A DNA stretch of 64,000 bases from Gammaproteobacteria bacterium. Lineage in GTDB: Bacteria > Pseudomonadota > Gammaproteobacteria > UBA6429 > Thiohalophilaceae. The stretch lies in contig JAPHRJ010000042.1 of assembly GCA_026196045.1 (NCBI GenBank), forward strand, positions 4,151-68,150, read 5' to 3'. This document shows positions 58,596 to 64,000 of this stretch, piece by piece. Under the pieces are notes generated by a model. That model was not told the DNA's origin. It saw only the letters and a program-made list of their open reading frames with translations, and did not search any database. Within the stretch, counting starts at the first letter, position 1. The number at the start of each line of letters is the position of its first letter. Position numbers and translations under genes: made by a program.

Positions 58596-59939
58596 CTAAA
58601 ATCTGTCTACCTGAACCTGTTCCAGAGCGGGAGGAATAACGGCCTGTTTATGCAGAATACATTCAGAAGGGAAATCACAGATAAACGAACTGCCACGACC
58701 AATTTCACTATCTATGCGTAACTGTGCGTTATGACGTTGTAAAGCATGTTGAACAATCGCCAGTCCCAGACCAGAACCACCTGTATTGCGTGAACGTGCT
58801 ACATCGACACGATAAAATCGTTCAGTCAGTCGTTCGACATGATAAGGCGCAATACCAATGCCTGTATCATTCACTTCATAATGAGCGCCACTGTCATCCT
58901 GGTACCACCGCACCTTAATGGCCCCTCCAGTCGGAGTGTAATTTATCGCGTTGACCAGCAAATTGGTGAAGACACTATCCAGTTGCTTGGGATCGCCCTG
59001 TAACAATAAGTCCGGCTGAATATCAAAAACAATGGCGTGGTTTTGATTCCCGCTCAGGATTCGTGCTTCTTCCTGCAAACTGGCCAATACCTGTGGCACA
59101 TCAACCCGCTCGGTTTTAACTTCAACTTTTTTATTATCTACGTTCGACAGGATAGTCAGGTCATCGGTCAAATGACGCATACGTGCAGCCTGTTGCAACA
59201 TCACTCGGAAGGCATGTTCCAGTTGGTCACCATCCAGATCAGAATCTTCCAGTAAATTTTCAAGATAACCGCTAATCACGGTAAGAGGAGTGCGTAGCTC
59301 ATGAGAAATATTTGCCACAAAGTCCCGCTGCATTTCCTCAACCCGTTTAAACAGGGTGATATCTCTCACTACAACCAGGTTCTGTTTTTTTCCATAGGGA
59401 ACCACTTTTAATGACAGTGTGACCTGCTCATCCAGCGGTGATGGAAAGGTGACAGGCTCGTCCCTGTTTTCACTTTGACAGTAGGTGGTCACTTCGGGGT
59501 TTCGTAACAGATTATTCAGGCGTTGATTAACATCCTGTGGATATTTCAGCCCCAGCAATTCACCCGCTTTGGTATTCCACCATTCAATTTCACCCATTTC
59601 ACGGGTAACAATCACACCTTCTGGTAAGGCTGCGGTTGATTCACGAAAACGGTTCAGGAGTTTAAGCAGCTTTTTATTACGTTTTAATTTCCGTTGCTGC
59701 AAATAATAAATTTCATTAAAAATATGTCCCCAAATGCCCATGGCAACAGGAGGAGTTAATTTTTTGCCTTTGTGTAACCAGATTTCCAGCCGGGCGAGGT
59801 TATAAAAATGCCAGGCTAGATAGGAGAAAATAAAGATAATAAGTGCCAGTTTAACTTCATTGACGATCATACCAACGAAAATGGCAGCAATGGCCATAAA
59901 CAAAAATTGCCAAATGGATTTAACCCAAATTGAAGTCAT
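58596..59939 (-). CDS. phoR: Phosphate regulon sensor histidine kinase
   Basis: Two N-terminal TMs, PAS, H-box FVANISHELRTPLT, NDTGIGI, GGSGLGLAIV. It is adjacent to phoB. Confidence 0.93.
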   Translation of the reverse strand: MTSIWVKSIWQFLFMAIAAIFVGMIVNEVKLALIIFIFSYLAWHFYNLARLEIWLHKGKKLTPPVAMGIWGHIFNEIYYLQQRKLKRNKKLLKLLNRFRESTAALPEGVIVTREMGEIEWWNTKAGELLGLKYPQDVNQRLNNLLRNPEVTTYCQSENRDEPVTFPSPLDEQVTLSLKVVPYGKKQNLVVVRDITLFKRVEEMQRDFVANISHELRTPLTVISGYLENLLEDSDLDGDQLEHAFRVMLQQAARMRHLTDDLTILSNVDNKKVEVKTERVDVPQVLASLQEEARILSGNQNHAIVFDIQPDLLLQGDPKQLDSVFTNLLVNAINYTPTGGAIKVRWYQDDSGAHYEVNDTGIGIAPYHVERLTERFYRVDVARSRNTGGSGLGLAIVQHALQRHNAQLRIDSEIGRGSSFICDFPSECILHKQAVIPPALEQVQVDRF

Positions 59940-59961
59940 GCGCTAAAAAAATCCAGTCTAC

Positions 59962-60663
59962 TCAAACATGTCTGGAAAAACGGTAACCGGAGCCACGTAC
60001 AGTCTGTACATGCCGATCATAACCGAATGGAGCTAAAGCTTTACGCAGTCGCCGGATATGCACATCGACCGTACGATCTTCAATATAAACCTGGTTACCC
60101 CAGACCTGATCCAGCAACTGGTCCCGGCTATAAACCCGCTCGGCGTGGGTCATGAAAAAATGTAACAATCGAAATTCAGTCGGGCCCAGTTTCACGGCAC
60201 CACCATTAATATTTAGCCGATGTCCTGCAGTATCAAGACTCAATCCATCGATTTCAACCACTTCTTCGCTACTTTCAACACCAGCACGGCGTAAAACAGC
60301 CTTGATTCTGGCGATAAGTTCCTGAGTGGAAAAGGGTTTTGTAATGTAGTCATCGGTGCCTACTTCAAATCCCCTGAGCTTATTCTCTTCTTCACTTCGG
60401 GCCGTCAACATAATAATGGGGAGCTTACTGGTCGGCTCTTCCCGACGCAGGCGTGCCGCAAAATCAACACCACTGATGCCCGGTAGCATCCAGTCCAGCA
60501 GAATCAAATCCGGGCTAGCACTACTAATCATCTCCAGAGCGACCCGGGTATCCTCAGCTTCAAATACCTGAAAACCCGCACGGACCAGGGTAAAACTCAC
60601 CATGTCCCGTATAGCCTGCTCATCTTCAACCAGCAGAATTTTTAAACCACTATTCTCTGTCAT
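59962..60663 (-). CDS. phoB: Phosphate regulon response regulator (OmpR family)
   Basis: [33 protein letters not shown], and a winged helix ([12 protein letters not shown]...[11 protein letters not shown]). Confidence 0.95.
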   Translation of the reverse strand: MTENSGLKILLVEDEQAIRDMVSFTLVRAGFQVFEAEDTRVALEMISSASPDLILLDWMLPGISGVDFAARLRREEPTSKLPIIMLTARSEEENKLRGFEVGTDDYITKPFSTQELIARIKAVLRRAGVESSEEVVEIDGLSLDTAGHRLNINGGAVKLGPTEFRLLHFFMTHAERVYSRDQLLDQVWGNQVYIEDRTVDVHIRRLRKALAPFGYDRHVQTVRGSGYRFSRHV

Positions 60664-60802
60664 AGCTAATTACTTGTACTCAATCTGTTTAATAACAATA
60701 AAGTGACAAGACCGGGGAATATTACCAATCTGTCACACAGAACGAGGAAAAAGATCCAGAATTCGTCCTGATTATGTTGCCGTCGCATTACACCGAATCA
60801 AT

Positions 60803-60820
60803 ATGACACGAGTATGACAG
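60803..60820 (-). promoter_or_regulatory. Candidate Pho box upstream of phoB
   Basis: The minus strand reads CTGTCAT-actc-GTGTCAT on an 11-bp register, about 140 nt upstream of the phoB ATG. Confidence 0.5.
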
Positions 60821-60943
60821 GAATTTGGAGTATAGCCGGAATATACAAACTAGCCGTAAAATTGTGATTTATCGCGTATTTACGATAGCTTCCCCTATGA
60901 AATGCTTACGCTTTATATATAATTACTGCACAGATAGTTTTAT

Positions 60944-61627
60944 ATGAAAATAATAGAAAAGGTATTCACCGTGAAATCGTATTTGTTGACAGCCATACTT
61001 CTAATTTCCTCCGGCCTGGTTCAAGCGGAAAATATTCAATATGTCAGTGATCAGCTCCGTATCACTCTACGCACCGGTCAGGGCAATACCTACCAGATCA
61101 TAAAAACCCTTGATAGCGGCACAAAGTTAGTAGTCCTTGAGACAACCGAGACAGGCTATGCTCATGTCCGCCTCGAAGACGGTACAGAGGGCTGGGTGCG
61201 TACCCAATATTTAAGTGAAGAGCCAATTGCACGAATAACGCTGGCTTCTACTGAAAAAAAGCTTGAACGCCTGCAGTCACAAAACATCAAGCTCCGAGAA
61301 GAAGTGGACAACCTGCGTAAACGCTCCAGGGAACTAAGCAGTGAACAGAGCAGCCTGAGCAGTAAATTAAAAACCTCAGAAACCGAACTGGCACGTCTTA
61401 GTGAGGTCGCCGCCAAACCTATCCTGCTCGACAAGGAAAATCGGGAACTACAACAGCGCAATATTGCCCAGGAAAAAGAACTACAAATGGTGGCTCAGGA
61501 GAATCAGGTACTGAAAGACCGTTCGCAACGGGAATGGTTTCTTGCTGGCGCGGGTGTGCTACTGGGCGGAATCCTGCTTGGGCTGCTTATCCCAAAAATT
61601 CGCTGGCAGAAAAAAAGCAACTGGTGA
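60944..61627 (+). CDS. YgiM-like SH3-domain membrane-anchored protein
   Basis: Signal peptide, an SH3b segment YVSDQLRITLRTGQGNTYQIIKTLDSGTKLVVLE...GWVRTQYLSEEP, a long coiled coil, and a C-terminal TM plus KIRWQKKSNW. Collinear with E. coli YgiM as I recall it. Confidence 0.82.
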   Translation: MKIIEKVFTVKSYLLTAILLISSGLVQAENIQYVSDQLRITLRTGQGNTYQIIKTLDSGTKLVVLETTETGYAHVRLEDGTEGWVRTQYLSEEPIARITLASTEKKLERLQSQNIKLREEVDNLRKRSRELSSEQSSLSSKLKTSETELARLSEVAAKPILLDKENRELQQRNIAQEKELQMVAQENQVLKDRSQREWFLAGAGVLLGGILLGLLIPKIRWQKKSNW

Positions 61628-61701
61628 TAGTGACTCCTGAATTACTCTGGCCAGTTGATTGTGTAATATGACCGGAACATTGCAACCTTACCGATAGCAC
61701 C

Positions 61702-63033
61702 ATGACTCAAACTCAATATCCCGATGGCAACACTTTTGTCCGCTGGTTTCGGGATTCCTCTCCGTATATCAATGCGTTTCGTGGACGAACCTTTGTTATC
61801 GCCTTCGGTGGCGAAATGCTTACGGACGCCCAGTTTTCGTCCATGGTGCATGATATTGCTCTGCTTAATAGTCTCGGAGTCAAACTGGTTCTGGTACATG
61901 GTACCCGGCCACAGATTGAAGCTCGATTAAAACAACGCAAGGCCCAGCTTCATTATGTTAATGGCCTACGAGTCACGGATGATGAGGCACTGCACTGTGT
62001 GAAAGAGGCCGCTGGCTGTGTACGCCAGGACATCGAAGCCCTGCTTTCCATGGGACTGACCAATTCACCAATGGCCGGTGCTGACATTCGGGTGGTCTCT
62101 GGTAATTTTGTCACGGCCCAGCCCCTTGGTATCCGCGATGGAGTCGACTACCTCCATACCGGTGAAGTCAGGCATATACATACCGAAGCCATACAGGCAC
62201 AACTTGCCAGCAACGCCATTGTCCTGCTTTCCCCCATCGGCTATTCCCCAACAGGTGAGATTTTTAACCTGAGCGCCGAAGATGTCGCCACTGTTGCTGC
62301 GGCACAATTGCAGGCCGATAAACTGATCTATCTCGTCGATGCCAAAGGGATTACGGACAATCGTAAACGTCTTATTCGTGAGCTGACAGCTGATGAAGCC
62401 GAAACTCTGTTAGAAAAAAAGAACAAGTTACCGGAAGACATCCAGCATTGCCTGCACAACGCTCTTGATGCCTGTCGATCTGATGTTCCCCGTGTTCATA
62501 TTCTTAACCGCCACATCGATGGAGCCCTGTTGCTGGAACTATTTACTCGCGATGGCTGTGGCACATTAATCACAGCCGATCTTTTCGAAGACACCCGTAA
62601 AGCGCGGCTTGAAGATATTGGCGGTATCCTGGAATTGATCTCACCACTGGAAACTGATGACATTCTGGTCAAGCGTTCGCGCGAAAAACTGGAAATGGAA
62701 ATTGAATTTTTCACTGTAGTTGAACGTGATGGTACGATCATCGCCTGTGCAGCACTGTATCCATTTATAAAAGAACATTGCAGTGAACTTGCCTGCCTTG
62801 CCGTTCATCCATCTTACCGTAAGCAGGGCCGTGGCGATGCCTTGCTGAAGTATATCGAACGGCAAAACAAACAGCTGGGTATTGAACAAATTTTTGTTCT
62901 AACCACTCGTACTGCCCACTGGTTCAGGGAAAGAGGTTTTAAGCCTGGCTCACTGGATACTCTGCCGGTGAAGCGTCGTAGTCTGTATAACTACCAGCGT
63001 AATTCGAAAGTCTTCATCAAGGATATCAATTAA
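61702..63033 (+). CDS. argA: Amino-acid N-acetyltransferase (N-acetylglutamate synthase)
   Basis: FRDSSPYINAFRGRTFVIAFGGE...VSGNFVTAQPLG..DGVDY.HTG, and the C-terminal GNAT LACLAVHPSYRKQGRG...LYNYQRNSKV. Collinear with E. coli ArgA. Confidence 0.95.
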   Translation: MTQTQYPDGNTFVRWFRDSSPYINAFRGRTFVIAFGGEMLTDAQFSSMVHDIALLNSLGVKLVLVHGTRPQIEARLKQRKAQLHYVNGLRVTDDEALHCVKEAAGCVRQDIEALLSMGLTNSPMAGADIRVVSGNFVTAQPLGIRDGVDYLHTGEVRHIHTEAIQAQLASNAIVLLSPIGYSPTGEIFNLSAEDVATVAAAQLQADKLIYLVDAKGITDNRKRLIRELTADEAETLLEKKNKLPEDIQHCLHNALDACRSDVPRVHILNRHIDGALLLELFTRDGCGTLITADLFEDTRKARLEDIGGILELISPLETDDILVKRSREKLEMEIEFFTVVERDGTIIACAALYPFIKEHCSELACLAVHPSYRKQGRGDALLKYIERQNKQLGIEQIFVLTTRTAHWFRERGFKPGSLDTLPVKRRSLYNYQRNSKVFIKDIN

Positions 63034-63875
63034 TGGATGCCAGGGTGAAAAGTAATACTGTAGACACTCCACTTTGCCGTCCATTTCTGAAATGGGCTGG
63101 AAATAAATTTCGCATCATTGAGCGCATAAAAAATCGATTACCACCAGGTAAACGACTCATTGAACCCTTTACCGGATCCGGAGCCGTTTTTCTAAACACC
63201 AACTACCCGCACTATCTGCTTTGCGACAGTAACCCGGATCTGATTAATCTTTACAATCTATTAAAAGAAGAAGGCCCAAAATTTATTCGCTATTGTAAAC
63301 GTTACTTTAATGGTGACCATAACAATTCAGAAAGCTATTACCAGTTACGTGAGCGGTTTAATTTACAGACTAATATCCGACAACGTGCCGCGCTATTTAT
63401 TTATTTAAACCGTCATGGATACAACGGGCTTTGCCGTTATAATTCAAAAGGCGGTTTTAATGTGCCATTTGGTCGTTATATAAAACCTTATTTCCCTGAA
63501 AAGGAAATGCTCTCTTTTCATAAAAAAGCACAGAATGCTGAATTCAAAATAGCAACATTTGAACAAACGATAAATGCTTCGAAAAAAGGGGACGTTATTT
63601 ACTGTGATCCCCCTTACGCACCCTTATCAAACTCAGCAGATTTCACCAGTTATAGTCCTGGTGGCTTTTCTATACAGGAACAAAGGGATCTCGCAGAGCT
63701 TGCTGTGCAAACATCAAAGCGAAATATCCCGGTATTACTTTCTAACCACGATACTGAGTTTACTCGTAAAGTTTATGATAAGGCTAAAATTGAACATTTT
63801 TATGTTCGTCGTTATATCAGTTGTAATGGGAAAAAGCGGGAACATGCAGGAGAAGTCCTGGCACTATTTCAATAG
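63033..63875 (+). CDS. dam: DNA adenine methyltransferase (Dam family, GATC-type)
   Basis: PFLKWAGNKFRIIERI, EPFTGSGAVF (the AdoMet FxGxG motif), YLNRHGYNGLCRYN, and the catalytic YCDPPY. The ATG overlaps the argA stop (TAATG). Confidence 0.92.
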   Translation: MDARVKSNTVDTPLCRPFLKWAGNKFRIIERIKNRLPPGKRLIEPFTGSGAVFLNTNYPHYLLCDSNPDLINLYNLLKEEGPKFIRYCKRYFNGDHNNSESYYQLRERFNLQTNIRQRAALFIYLNRHGYNGLCRYNSKGGFNVPFGRYIKPYFPEKEMLSFHKKAQNAEFKIATFEQTINASKKGDVIYCDPPYAPLSNSADFTSYSPGGFSIQEQRDLAELAVQTSKRNIPVLLSNHDTEFTRKVYDKAKIEHFYVRRYISCNGKKREHAGEVLALFQ

Positions 63876-63891
63876 CGCACACTATTTTGCC

Positions 63892-64000
63892 TTTTGATTC
63901 ACCACAGATGGACCTGGTAGTAAATTTTCTATTTCAACCGGTTCACCTAAATGAAACCCCTGAACATAATCAAGCCCCATCTTTGTTACATAGTCCAGAA
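63892..64000 (-). CDS. 3' end of a CDS entering from beyond the window; the tail looks like the C-terminus of an EAL domain
   Basis: The minus frame reads LDYVTKMGLDYVQGFHLGEPVEIENLLPGPSVVNQKAK*. The motif DYVQGFHLGEP resembles the terminal D..QG(Y/F)..(G/S).P of EAL domains. Only 36 codons are visible. Confidence 0.4.

Noticed and set aside
60692-60709. A second, proximal Pho-box-like sequence upstream of phoB (minus strand TTGTCAC-ttta-TTGTTAT)
   Set aside because: Only 5-6 of 7 positions match per half-site, and it lies only about 30-45 nt from the ATG. That leaves no room for a -10 element plus a leader with an RBS. The distal box at 60803-60820 fits better.
1-64000. Mobile elements, prophage, genomic-island boundaries, tRNA and rRNA genes
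   Set aside because: I found no integrase, transposase, phage structural gene or tRNA-like sequence, and no long terminal inverted or direct repeats. The signalling island has no obvious flanking att-like repeats.

Overview
The window looks like a chromosomal segment from a Gammaproteobacteria-like organism. It is moderately AT-rich and densely coding. I saw no rRNA, tRNA, CRISPR array, transposase, integrase or phage genes.

Most of the window is recognisable housekeeping with conserved synteny:
- dcd; the divergent pair mrp/apbC-metG; rnfABCDGE-nth
- argG, fumC, tag, pyrC, rnt, grxD, asnB-family, sodB, argD-argF, argA-dam
- a three-gene alpha/beta-type 2-oxoacid (pyruvate) dehydrogenase cluster whose last gene is an E2-E3 fusion
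- a contiguous Pho supercluster, phoB-phoR-pstS-pstC-pstA-pstB-phoU, with readable Pho boxes

The stand-out region is an eleven-gene signalling island on the minus strand (828-13483). It carries 3 histidine kinases, 6 receiver domains, an HDOD protein and an HD-GYP domain whose HD dyad reads RN. It ends in an MglA-type small GTPase whose stop overlaps the start of a cytoplasmic histidine kinase, followed 3 nt later by a receiver-fused GspE/PilB-family ATPase. No pilus or secretion structural genes are present in the window. I regard this as the best candidate for an undescribed system.

Several short intergenic repeat families recur: GTGACGA heptamer blocks, a 27-bp x3 tandem repeat, and a 21-bp inverted repeat. 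A few genes occur without their usual partners: hyuB without hyuA, an ABC ATPase without a permease, and dam without a restriction gene.

All calls rest on reading the supplied translations and the DNA by eye. No searches were run.
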